Part shown: positions 1 through 7,069 of the stretch, piece by piece
Layout of the letters: every line of letters starts with the position of its first letter
Numbering within the stretch: position 1 is the first letter of the stretch
Source of the DNA: Propionibacterium ruminifibrarum
GTDB lineage: Bacteria; Actinomycetota; Actinomycetes; Propionibacteriales; Propionibacteriaceae
DNA: 32,000 nt
Reading direction: 5' to 3'
Assembly (NCBI RefSeq): GCF_900289195.1
Contig: NZ_OMOH01000003.1
Location: forward strand, 90,001-122,000
Translations under genes and position numbers: made by a program
Notes under the pieces: model-generated
What the model saw: only the letters and a program-made list of their open reading frames with translations
The model's database searches: none
What the model was told of the DNA's origin: nothing

Positions 1-694
1 GGGCGCCGTCGTCGTCCTCGTCATGGGCGTGGGGACGACGCTGGGTCTGTCGGGCGGCGCCTTCGTCGGCGCCCTCGCCGCCTTCGCGATCATGCTCACC
101 CTGGCCCGGCTGGCCGGCGGCACGACGGACAAGATCGTGCTGTCCGGCGTGGCCGTCACCCAGGGCTTCTCGGCGCTCACCTCGTTCATCATCATGGTCG
201 GCGCCGACGCGAACACCACGCGCGGCGTCCTGTACTGGCTCATGGGTTCGCTGGCCAGCGCCTCCTGGGCCGACGTGGCGCAGACCATGGCGGCCTTCGC
301 CGTCATCATGGTGCTGGCCATGGGCATGGCCGGCTCGCTCGACGCCTTCACCTTCGGCGAGCGGCAGGCGGCGTCGCTGGGCGTGGCGGTGATGCGCACC
401 CGGGTGAGCCTGCTCGTGCTCGCCGCGCTGCTCACCGCCATCGTCGTGGCGTCCAGCGGCGCCATCGGCTTCGTCGGCCTGGTGCTGCCGCACATGGCCC
501 GCATGCTCGTCGGCACCCGACACCGCGGCGTGCTGCCGGTCTCGGCGGTGCTAGGAGCGATCTTCCTGTTGTGGGCCGACACGATCGCCCGCTCGGCCTT
601 CGCCCCGCTCGAGGTGCCGGTCGGCGTCATCACCGCCATGGTCGGCGTGCCCGTGTTCGCGGCGCTGCTGGCCCGCAGGAGGGGATCACGATGA
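1..694 (+). CDS. FecCD-family ABC importer permease (iron-siderophore/cobalamin type), 5' end outside window
   Basis: The reading frame is open to the window start. The sequence is polytopic and hydrophobic with a FecCD-like C-terminal region (GAIGFVGLVLPHMARMLVG..HR, VPVGVITAMVGVPVF). Its stop overlaps the next start (ATGA at 691-694). Confidence 0.8.
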   Translation, partial: GAVVVLVMGVGTTLGLSGGAFVGALAAFAIMLTLARLAGGTTDKIVLSGVAVTQGFSALTSFIIMVGADANTTRGVLYWLMGSLASASWADVAQTMAAFAVIMVLAMGMAGSLDAFTFGERQAASLGVAVMRTRVSLLVLAALLTAIVVASSGAIGFVGLVLPHMARMLVGTRHRGVLPVSAVLGAIFLLWADTIARSAFAPLEVPVGVITAMVGVPVFAALLARRRGSR

Positions 695-1494
695 GACTCG
701 AGGCGAAGGACGTCACCTGGTCGGCGGGCGGCACCGTCATCATCGACGGCATCGACGTGACCGCCATACCCGGGCACGTGCTGGGCCTGCTGGGCCCCAA
801 CGGGGCCGGCAAGTCGACGCTCATGAACGCCCTGGCCAGGCTCGTCACGCCCGACCGCGGCGAGCTGAGCCTGGACGGTCGCCCCTATGCGCAGTGGGGC
901 CGCCGCGAGATGGCCCGCACCCTGGTGGCCGTGCAGCAGCAGGCCGGCACCGACCAGGACGTGATCGTCGCCGACGTCATCGACCTGGGCCGCATCCCGC
1001 ACCGCAGCCGCTGGGCCGGCGTCAGCAGGCACGACCGCGAGGTCGCCGCCCGGGCCGCGCGCCTCACCGGTGTCGAGCACCTGATGCAGCGCCACTGGCA
1101 GACCCTGTCCGGCGGCGAGCAGCAGCGCGTGCAGCTCGCCCGGGCCTTCGCCCAGGAGGGCCGCATCATGCTGCTGGACGAGCCGACGAACCACCTCGAC
1201 ATCGCCCACCAGCTCGACGTGCTCGACCGGGTGAGGGCAACGGGGCTGACCGTCGTCGTCGCCCTGCACGACCTGAACCTCGCCGCCGCCTACTGCGACG
1301 AGGTGCTCGTGCTCAAGGGCGGGCGGGCCGTGCACTACGGGCCGCCGGCGCGGGTGCTCACCGCCGAGGTGGTGCGCGACGTCTACCGGGTCGAGGTGCG
1401 TGTGCTGCACCCCGACCCGGACGGCCCGCCCCTGTTCCAGTACCTGCGCGCCGACATCGACACTGGTGGGAAGGACACGCCGACGCCCGGGTGA
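691..1494 (+). CDS. ABC transporter ATP-binding protein (FecE/FepC-like partner of the FecCD permease)
   Basis: Walker A GPNGAGKST, signature LSGGEQQR and Walker B MLLDEPTNHLD are present. I chose the ATG at 691 (MRLEAKDV...) because it overlaps the permease stop. The upstream part of track ORF 571..1494 is Arg/Gly-rich and lies inside the permease gene. Confidence 0.9.
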   Translation: MRLEAKDVTWSAGGTVIIDGIDVTAIPGHVLGLLGPNGAGKSTLMNALARLVTPDRGELSLDGRPYAQWGRREMARTLVAVQQQAGTDQDVIVADVIDLGRIPHRSRWAGVSRHDREVAARAARLTGVEHLMQRHWQTLSGGEQQRVQLARAFAQEGRIMLLDEPTNHLDIAHQLDVLDRVRATGLTVVVALHDLNLAAAYCDEVLVLKGGRAVHYGPPARVLTAEVVRDVYRVEVRVLHPDPDGPPLFQYLRADIDTGGKDTPTPG

Positions 1495-1790
1495 GGAGGG
1501 CCGTGCCGAGGCCGCCGTCAGGAGGCGCTGCCGAGCCGCGAGGTGTCACCAATCCTGGAGGCGGTAACACCGAACCCGAGTTTGGTGTCACCTCCCAGGG
1601 CATGTTGCCGCGTGAGCCGGCGGCGGGTTCGGAGGACCCGAGAAATGTCCTCGCCCGTATGCGGTCCGGCCTGGAGTCGCCGGCTTCGTTCCTCGGGTGC
1701 GGGGTCTTGCTCGGCCGGCGGCATTGGGTGAGAGGATTCCCGGGGAAGCGGCTACTGCTGGTCGGCCGGTGGTTCGGTGAAGCGCCGGCG
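1491..1790. repeat. Copy A of a duplicated module (intergenic leader + deleted RHH gene + 3' end of glxA-like gene)
   Basis: By hand alignment, 1491-1580 matches 3459-3550 and about 1597-1784 matches about 3753-3940, at roughly 80% identity. Both copies start exactly at the TGA of the preceding gene (GGTGAGGAGGG vs GGTGAGAAGGG). Confidence 0.75.
1597..1704 (+). pseudogene. Remnant of a ribbon-helix-helix gene (internal/N-terminal deletion)
   Basis: The translation ...GMLPREPAAGSEDPRNVLARMRSGLESPASF matches the C-terminus of the intact 99-aa protein at 3559..3858 (DMLLRELAAGSDDPRAVLARMRSGLESLASV). About 200 bp corresponding to 3551-3752 is missing. Confidence 0.65.
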
Positions 1791-2714
1791 GTAGGCGGTC
1801 GGGGTGGTGGCGAAGGCCGCGGTGAAGCGTTGCCGGAAGGTGATCGGGCTTGCGTACCCGCATGCGCGGGCGACACGGCTGATGGGCCAGTCGGTGGTCT
1901 CCAGCAGACGGCGGGCCTCGTCGAGACGGCACGACCTCAGCCACTCCCCGGGGCTGACGCCGAACTCCGCCTGGAATCGGCGAGCAAGATGACGCGGACT
2001 CATGTTTCCGACGTCGGCCAGGTCCTTGACGGTGACGGGCTGGTCGAGGTGTTCCTGAACCCACGTCACCACGGTCCCCAGCCCGCCGTCGGCAGTCGAT
2101 CTCGCCATGGGGCGGGTGATGTACTGGGCCTGGTCCCCCTCACGGTGAGGCGCGATCACCAGACGCCGCGCCACCGTGGCGGCTGCGGCGGATCCCAGGC
2201 GGTCGCGCACCATGTGGAGGCATGCGTCGAGCGCGGCCGCGGTTCCCGCCGAGGTCACCACATCGCCATGATCGATGTACAGCGCTGTCGCGTCGACCTC
2301 GACGTGGGGGTGTGTTTCGGTCAGACGATCGGCGGCGGCCCAGTGCGTGACCGCGCGGCGTCCGTCCAGCAGGCCACTCTGCGCGACCGGAAACGCGCCG
2401 AGGCACAGCCCGACGATGACGGCTCCCGCCCGATGAGCCCGCCGAATCAGTGAGACCAGGGCTTCGGATGCGTCCGGAAACTGCGCAGGCCATGAGCAGA
2501 ACACCACCACGTCCGCCGCAGCCACGGCCTCCGCCCCGGCAGGCTCGGGCAGGGCGAGGCCCTCGGCGGTGCTGATCGGTTCACCGTCCTCACTCCATGT
2601 CACGGTCTTCCACTCGGCCAGCCCGAGCCGGGCCACCTCGCCGAAGACGGCGAGCGGAGCCGCGAGGTGGAACAGCCTGATGCCCTCGAACGCGTGCACT
2701 GCGATCCGCGTCAT
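1752..2714 (-). CDS. GlxA-family transcriptional regulator (DJ-1/PfpI-like GATase1 domain + AraC-type HTH)
   Basis: 320 aa. The N-terminal half has a DJ-1/PfpI-like nucleophile elbow (IVGLCLGAF). The C-terminus has an AraC HTH (VKDLADVGNMSPRHLARRF...ARACGYASPITFRQRFTAAFATTPTAYRRRF). It is divergent from a cysteine-hydrolase gene, a common pairing. Confidence 0.85.
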   Translation of the reverse strand: MTRIAVHAFEGIRLFHLAAPLAVFGEVARLGLAEWKTVTWSEDGEPISTAEGLALPEPAGAEAVAAADVVVFCSWPAQFPDASEALVSLIRRAHRAGAVIVGLCLGAFPVAQSGLLDGRRAVTHWAAADRLTETHPHVEVDATALYIDHGDVVTSAGTAAALDACLHMVRDRLGSAAAATVARRLVIAPHREGDQAQYITRPMARSTADGGLGTVVTWVQEHLDQPVTVKDLADVGNMSPRHLARRFQAEFGVSPGEWLRSCRLDEARRLLETTDWPISRVARACGYASPITFRQRFTAAFATTPTAYRRRFTEPPADQQ

Positions 2715-2732
2715 GTCCCGATCCCATCGAAC

Positions 2733-2750
2733 AGTGTCATTTCGGACACT
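2733..2750. promoter_or_regulatory. Perfect inverted repeat AGTGTC-N6-GACACT in the divergent glxA-like/isochorismatase intergenic region (candidate operator)
   Basis: The repeat is read directly from the sequence. It lies 19 bp upstream of the regulator's ATG (2714) in the 109-bp divergent promoter region. Confidence 0.3.
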
Positions 2751-2823
2751 CGCGATGCTACGCAGTCCCCAGGAATGATCGATTCAGCAGAACCAGTAGT
2801 CGACCAGGAGCAGCACCGCACTC

Positions 2824-3462
2824 ATGACCTCACCTCGCCGCGCACTCGTTGTCATCGACGTTCAGCAGGAGTACTTCTCCGGCCCCCTTGAGATCCATTA
2901 CCCGGCACGCGATGAATCCCTGGCGCGCATCCTCAGTGCCATCGATGCCGCCCAGACGCAGCGCCTACCGATCGTGGTCGTACGGCACGAGAACCCGGTC
3001 GGCGCCGCGGCCTTCGCGCGCGGGTCGACGGGCGCGGAACTGCACCCCGCCATCGCGGCGCGGGTGCGCCCCGAGTGGAAGCAGATCACCAAGCACTACG
3101 CCAGCGCCTTCGACGGCACCGATCTGGCCGACTGGTGCCGGCGACATCGCATCGACACCCTCACCCTCACCGGCTACATGACGGGCAACTGCGTCCTGGC
3201 CACTGCGGCCTCCACCGCCCCGCACGGGCTCACCGCCGAAGTCCTGTCGGACGCCACCGGGACCACGCACCTCGCCAACGGCGTCGGCGGTATCTCCGCG
3301 CGCCGGCTGCACCAGACCCTCATGGTCCTGCTCCACTCCAATCTCGCCGCGGTCACGACGACCCGGGACTGGGCGAACGCTCTCGAAACGGGAACGGCCA
3401 GCACGAGGAGCAACCTCGTCGCCTCGGCCGCGGCGGGAGAGGGGCAGGCAAGTCGAGGGTGA
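2824..3462 (+). CDS. Isochorismatase-family cysteine hydrolase
   Basis: 212 aa. N-terminal ALVVIDVQQEYF (catalytic Asp context), a mid-protein Lys (WKQITKHYASAF), and LTGYMTGNCVLATA (nucleophile Cys motif). Confidence 0.85.
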   Translation: MTSPRRALVVIDVQQEYFSGPLEIHYPARDESLARILSAIDAAQTQRLPIVVVRHENPVGAAAFARGSTGAELHPAIAARVRPEWKQITKHYASAFDGTDLADWCRRHRIDTLTLTGYMTGNCVLATAASTAPHGLTAEVLSDATGTTHLANGVGGISARRLHQTLMVLLHSNLAAVTTTRDWANALETGTASTRSNLVASAAAGEGQASRG

Positions 3463-3558
3463 GAAGGGGTCGTGCCGATCCCGCCGCCAGGAGGCGCTGC
3501 TGAGCCGCGAAGTGGGACCAGTCCCGAAGGCGGCAACACCAAACCCGAGTGATGACCG

Positions 3559-3858
3559 ATGAACATCGAGGAACTGATCGCCGTCGAGGCCGAGGCCGCC
3601 GAGCAGAACAGGGACGCCCCGCTCCGAACCGGGGCGCGGGTGACGCGGGGCAATGGCCGGGCGAAAACCCTTCAGATCAGGCTCAATCCCGAGGAACTGG
3701 CTGCTCTGACTGCTCTCGCCGAGGAGCGTGGGCTTCCCGTGTCCACCCTGGCCCGGGACATGCTCCTGCGAGAACTGGCCGCGGGGTCCGATGACCCGCG
3801 AGCGGTCCTCGCCCGTATGCGCTCCGGTCTGGAGTCGTTGGCGTCGGTCGTTGGCTGA
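3559..3858 (+). CDS. Ribbon-helix-helix (CopG/antitoxin-like) DNA-binding protein
   Basis: 99 aa. KTLQIRLNPEELAALTALAEERGLPVSTLARDMLLREL fits the beta-strand/helix/helix pattern of RHH proteins. No toxin partner gene is visible. Confidence 0.6.
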   Translation: MNIEELIAVEAEAAEQNRDAPLRTGARVTRGNGRAKTLQIRLNPEELAALTALAEERGLPVSTLARDMLLRELAAGSDDPRAVLARMRSGLESLASVVG

Positions 3859-3910
3859 GGGGTCCCGCTCGGTCTGCGGCGTACGGGTGAGCGGATTCCC
3901 GGGAGAGTGG

Positions 3911-4049
3911 CTACCGCTCGTCGGTCGATGGTTCGGTGGGGCGATCACCAGGCGCCGCGCCATCGCAGCGGCTGAGGTAGTCCCCCAGCGGTCGCGCACC
4001 ATGTGGCGGCAGGCGTCGAGCGCGGCCGTGGTGCCCGCCGAGGCCACCC
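3911..4049 (-). pseudogene. Fragment of a second glxA-like gene (HTH domain and N-terminus deleted)
   Basis: The minus-strand translation SAGTTAALDACRHMVRDRWGTTSAAAMARRLVIAP matches TSAGTAAALDACLHMVRDRLGSAAAATVARRLVIAP of the intact gene. The 3' terminal codons join directly to this block, which implies a deletion of about 368 bp relative to 1785-2152. Confidence 0.7.
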
Positions 4050-4172
4050 GCCGCCGTGGTCGGGTGAACGGCAGAGGCGCCAAGGGTTGTGCAAGACTGT
4101 TTCACAGAATTCGAATGCGGTGACCGTTGTCCGAGACGAAGAGCGTTGCACGGCCGCCAAGGGGGTTGAAGA

Positions 4173-4706
4173 GTGGGACGAGCAGGCGAGAAGAAAAGAC
4201 GATGGGCTCCGGCGCTCCCTGTCGCTGGGCTGATGATTGCCGTCATCGCATTTGTCGCTGACGAATTTTATCCAGAAGGCAGGTATAAGGCTTTATTCTT
4301 CTTGTGTCATGAACTCGGAGTGCTTCTCGTCATCATCTCAGCGATTGTCGCCGTCATTTCAGGCGGCGCGGCCATGCGGACTCGCAGAAGGATCGTGCTG
4401 AGTGCCGGCGCGGCCCTGATGGCCGCCTATCTGGTGGTGGCCACGGCATTCTGGTGGGCTCTCGGCGGGCATTACGATCTCAACCGGCTGAAGTATGACG
4501 ACAATTGGATCATCGGAAGGAATATTGCCGAGGTTGAAGAACGGTACGGCGATGCAGAGGAATGGGGCAGCCATAGCTACTGCTATACCCTTTATCGGGA
4601 TGAAGCGGCGATCATGCCCTCGCACAGTGTCATGTACTATGTCATGTACACCGATGACAGTGGCGTGGTGACGGAAATCAAAGAGCGCCATCGCCCTGGT
4701 GAATGA
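4173..4706 (+). CDS. Hypothetical membrane protein (3 predicted TM helices + about 80-aa C-terminal soluble domain), low-GC gene
   Basis: 177 aa from the GTG at 4173, with a GGGGG 7 nt upstream; an in-frame ATG at 4233 is an alternative start. Hydrophobic stretches are LPVAGLMIAVIAFVA, LGVLLVIISAIVAVISGG and LSAGAALMAAYLVVATAFWWAL. I recognise no family. A hand count of 4261-4320 gives 24/60 GC. Confidence 0.55.
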   Translation: MGRAGEKKRRWAPALPVAGLMIAVIAFVADEFYPEGRYKALFFLCHELGVLLVIISAIVAVISGGAAMRTRRRIVLSAGAALMAAYLVVATAFWWALGGHYDLNRLKYDDNWIIGRNIAEVEERYGDAEEWGSHSYCYTLYRDEAAIMPSHSVMYYVMYTDDSGVVTEIKERHRPGE

Positions 4707-4737
4707 TTCACTCGTGAGGCGGATGGAATTCCATCGC

Positions 4738-4755
4738 GGGTCCGGACTCGGACCC
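4738..4755 (+). terminator. Stem-loop GGGTCCG-gact-CGGACCC downstream of the 177-aa gene
   Basis: A 7-bp perfect stem with a 4-nt loop, 32 nt after the stop. There is no U-tract. It sits between convergent genes. Confidence 0.35.
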
Positions 4756-4852
4756 CTGCGTGTCATGTGCGGCTTGTTCGCCTTGCCCATGGAGGGAGTA
4801 GGACAGTCGGCCGCAAACGCCGTCCTGTGGGGGTCCCGAGAGGGCTGCTGGG

Positions 4853-6097
4853 TCAGCCCGCGTCCTGGTCCACGGGAGTCTGCCCCGGCGCCTCGGCCCG
4901 TGCCCTGCCCCTGAAGTCCCGGACGAACGCCCCCAGTGCGATGAGACCGATCATGATGCCGGCGGACCACAGGAACTGATCGTCGCCGATGTAGGCGCCG
5001 CCCTCCTGGCAGGTGTTGAGTGCTTTGAGGAGCCACAGCGGGTCGTGAGAATGCGACTGGAAGGTCTCGGTGGAGCAGTCGGTGATCTCCCGGTCCGATA
5101 TGCCCGACGCCAGCGTCCGGAGGATGTTCGCCGGGGAGAAGCCGATGCGCGTCATCGAGACCAGGAGGACGATGAACACGAGAGGAGCCACGAGCCGCCG
5201 GACGACGAGGTTCTCCGCCTTGTGGCACATCCTCGTGAGGGAGACGAACAAACCGATCGTCACCCCGATGATCGCGGACGCGGCGGGGATGTCGACGAGA
5301 ATTCTGGGGGTGAGGGACATGGACTCGTCATCGTGAATCGTCAGGAGGAATGCCGCGGCGGGTACGAGCGCCGCCGTGAGGAGCCCGGCCGCCGTCCCGA
5401 TGCCGGTCCCCTCGGCGATGGCCCGGACGGTCGCCCGCAGGTCGAGGCCGACGGTCAGCGTCCGGGAATAGGTCAGGACCGCCATGAAGAGGATCGTCAG
5501 GACGAGTGTCGTGGTGAGGCACGAGGCGATGGCCAGGCCGTTGTATCCGAACTCTGCTCCAAAAGTTGCCCGGGAGAGACTGGGGCTGCTCTCCACCGTC
5601 CACACGAGAAGGATCGCGACCAGGACCGGGGAAAGGATCACACTCAAGAGGTAAGCCCGGATGAAGGTCTGAGGTTCGAGTAATTTCTCCAGCGAATGCG
5701 GGCCGATGTTCAGCTCGCCCCACCCGTGTGGTGCGATGATCCGGTTCCCCCGGCGGAGGGTCGTCCGGGTCCTCGCCGCCGTCCGGCGCGCCCAGCGCAG
5801 CGGGAGGGATCGGATCGGGGCCCCGTCGTTGCGCTGAACACTTCGCAGCAGCCGTGACACGCTCAACGTGATCACCGCGGCGCACGAGCACACCAGGAGC
5901 ATGACCAACAGCGTTGTGGTGGACGCGACGGGGGCGAGGGGGATGAGTGCGGCGCCGACGCACCAGGCGATGACCTCGGTGATGGCCTTCACGGCGGACA
6001 GCACCGGGTGCGTCCGTCCCGGACGGCGCAGCCACCCGGTGAACCGGGCTCCGCCGAGGACGAGCAACCCGATGCCAATGATGATGAGGCCTGCCAT
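4853..6097 (-). CDS. Hypothetical polytopic membrane protein (about 9-10 TM)
   Basis: 414 aa from the ATG at 6097, with GGAG upstream. Hydrophobic segments alternate with Arg-rich loops. I recognise no family motif. Composition is intermediate (36/60 GC at 5461-5520). Confidence 0.6.
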   Translation of the reverse strand: MAGLIIIGIGLLVLGGARFTGWLRRPGRTHPVLSAVKAITEVIAWCVGAALIPLAPVASTTTLLVMLLVCSCAAVITLSVSRLLRSVQRNDGAPIRSLPLRWARRTAARTRTTLRRGNRIIAPHGWGELNIGPHSLEKLLEPQTFIRAYLLSVILSPVLVAILLVWTVESSPSLSRATFGAEFGYNGLAIASCLTTTLVLTILFMAVLTYSRTLTVGLDLRATVRAIAEGTGIGTAAGLLTAALVPAAAFLLTIHDDESMSLTPRILVDIPAASAIIGVTIGLFVSLTRMCHKAENLVVRRLVAPLVFIVLLVSMTRIGFSPANILRTLASGISDREITDCSTETFQSHSHDPLWLLKALNTCQEGGAYIGDDQFLWSAGIMIGLIALGAFVRDFRGRARAEAPGQTPVDQDAG

Positions 6098-6242
6098 GCG
6101 TCTCCAGGGTCGTCAGGTGGGTGTGGATGATTGTTCAGCGCCGGCCCCGGGGTGAAGAGGCCCGCCGTGCCGTCGGCGCGGCGTGTCTGGCGGGAGCACG
6201 CGCCGCCTCGTGCAACGGACCCATGCTCGCCCGGCGTGACAG

Positions 6243-6275
6243 AAAACCCCTGGCCAACCAATGGTTGGCCAGGGG
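6243..6275 (-). terminator. Rho-independent terminator downstream of tRNA-Leu
   Basis: The minus strand reads CCCCTGGCCAACC-ATT-GGTTGGCCAGGGG followed by TTTTCT. That is a 13-bp perfect stem, starting 11 nt after the tRNA 3' end. Confidence 0.8.
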
Positions 6276-6285
6276 TCTCGTGCTG

Positions 6286-6369
6286 TGCGCGAGAGAGGAG
6301 TTGAACCTCCACGCCCTAAACGGGCACTGGCACCTGAAGCCAGCGCGTCTGCCATTCCGCCACTCGCGC
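6286..6369 (-). tRNA. tRNA-Leu (anticodon CAG), class II with long variable arm
   Basis: Hand-folded from the minus strand. Acceptor GCGCGAG/CUCGCGC, 3-bp D stem, anticodon stem CUGGC/GCCAG with loop UUCAGGU, variable arm GCCC-GUUUA-GGGC, T arm GGAGG-UUCAACU-CCUCU, discriminator A. Length 84 nt; CCA is not encoded. Confidence 0.93.
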
Positions 6370-6394
6370 AACGCCGCCATGCGGCAACCCGAAC

Positions 6395-6425
6395 AACATA
6401 GCACAGCATCCCCAGTGCCCGGCAA
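6395..6425 (-). promoter_or_regulatory. Possible tRNA-Leu promoter (TTGCCG - 19 nt - TATGTT)
   Basis: On the minus strand, TATGTT (6400-6395) lies about 25 nt upstream of the mature tRNA 5' end, and TTGCCG lies at 6425-6420. The spacer is longer than optimal. Confidence 0.3.
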
Positions 6426-6753
6426 ACCGGTTCTGCTCGAAGGCCGGCCGTGGGCCGTGACGGGGCGGGCGGGTGCGGGGTGCGCCGACGAGCGGCATGT
6501 CCTGCCTCGAGGATGAGCCCCTACCGGTCTGGCGCCAGTGAGTCGCGCCGGGACTTGGGGGAGGGGGTGCACGGAGGTCGCGCACGGGCCGGATGCGGGC
6601 ACTGCGGGTGAGAGCCCTCCTGGCTTTCCGCGGGGGGGTCCGAGAGCTGTCCGGCGGGCGCTGCGTATGAGGGTGTCCTCGGGGGCTCCGTGGGGTGACG
6701 TCCTTGGTGTCTGCGTAGGGGGCGAGGGGCGTCGGAGCGGTGACCGGCTTGTT

Positions 6754-6835
6754 CCATTCCAGACTGGTTGGAGGGCGGGGGCTGGCCTGGAATTGTCATT
6801 TCCATGGCAAGGAATGCGAAACCACATTCCAGTCT
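6754..6835. promoter_or_regulatory. Cluster of TGGAAT/ATTCCA-type half-sites in an AT-richer stretch upstream of the ABC operon
   Basis: CCATTCCAGACTGG (6754-6767), CCTGGAATT (6786-6794), TGGAA-N7-TTCCA (6788-6804), GGAATG-N8-CATTCC (6811-6830), and CATTCCAGTCT (6825-6835). All are read directly from the sequence. Confidence 0.35.
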
Positions 6836-7069
6836 CACTCAAAAGAATCTCACGCCGAGACCCTTTCAAGCTGAAGAATCTGCTGTGCAGAACCAGATAA
6901 TCGCGTGAGGGGAACCTGAGTTTCGGGTGGGCGGCCTCGATTCGGTTGGCGGCGGGCCGTAATCTTGTGACTTGGCGGGGTGCCCCCTAGGGGTACCCAG
7001 TGCTCACGTTGCCCTGTTCTTTCAGGCTGCATCACCCTGATGCGCCACTGGATCGTCGAAGGTGAAGAC

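Larger units (their letters stand above)
3459..4049. repeat. Copy B of the duplicated module (leader + intact RHH gene + internally deleted glxA-like fragment)
   Basis: 3459-3550 matches 1491-1580, about 3753-3940 matches about 1597-1784, and 3942-4049 matches 2153-2259. Homology stops at about 4049, where composition turns AT-richer. Confidence 0.75.

Noticed and set aside
4050-4170. A direct repeat of the tRNA-Leu 3' end (att-like site) at the far edge of the low-GC pocket.
   Set aside because: There is only a weak resemblance (GGGGTTGAAGAGTGG vs GGAGTTGAACCTCCA). That is too short and mismatched to call by eye.
6540-6660. An actinobacterial 6C RNA on the minus strand of the G-rich tract.
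   Set aside because: C-runs exist on the minus strand, but I could not fold the two short hairpins with C-rich loops that define 6C. The call is not supportable without a covariance-model scan.
6135-6869. A 244-aa minus-strand ORF spanning the long intergenic region.
   Set aside because: It reads straight through the tRNA-Leu gene and its terminator, and the translation is Pro/Arg/Ser-rich with no motifs.
6980-7069. Upstream start codons for the binding protein (6980), pgi (22739), nhaA (27574) and the ABC ATPase (571).
   Set aside because: The extensions lack signal or homology content and overlap terminators, promoters or the preceding gene. The downstream starts have RBS, -10 or overlap support and begin the recognisable domains.
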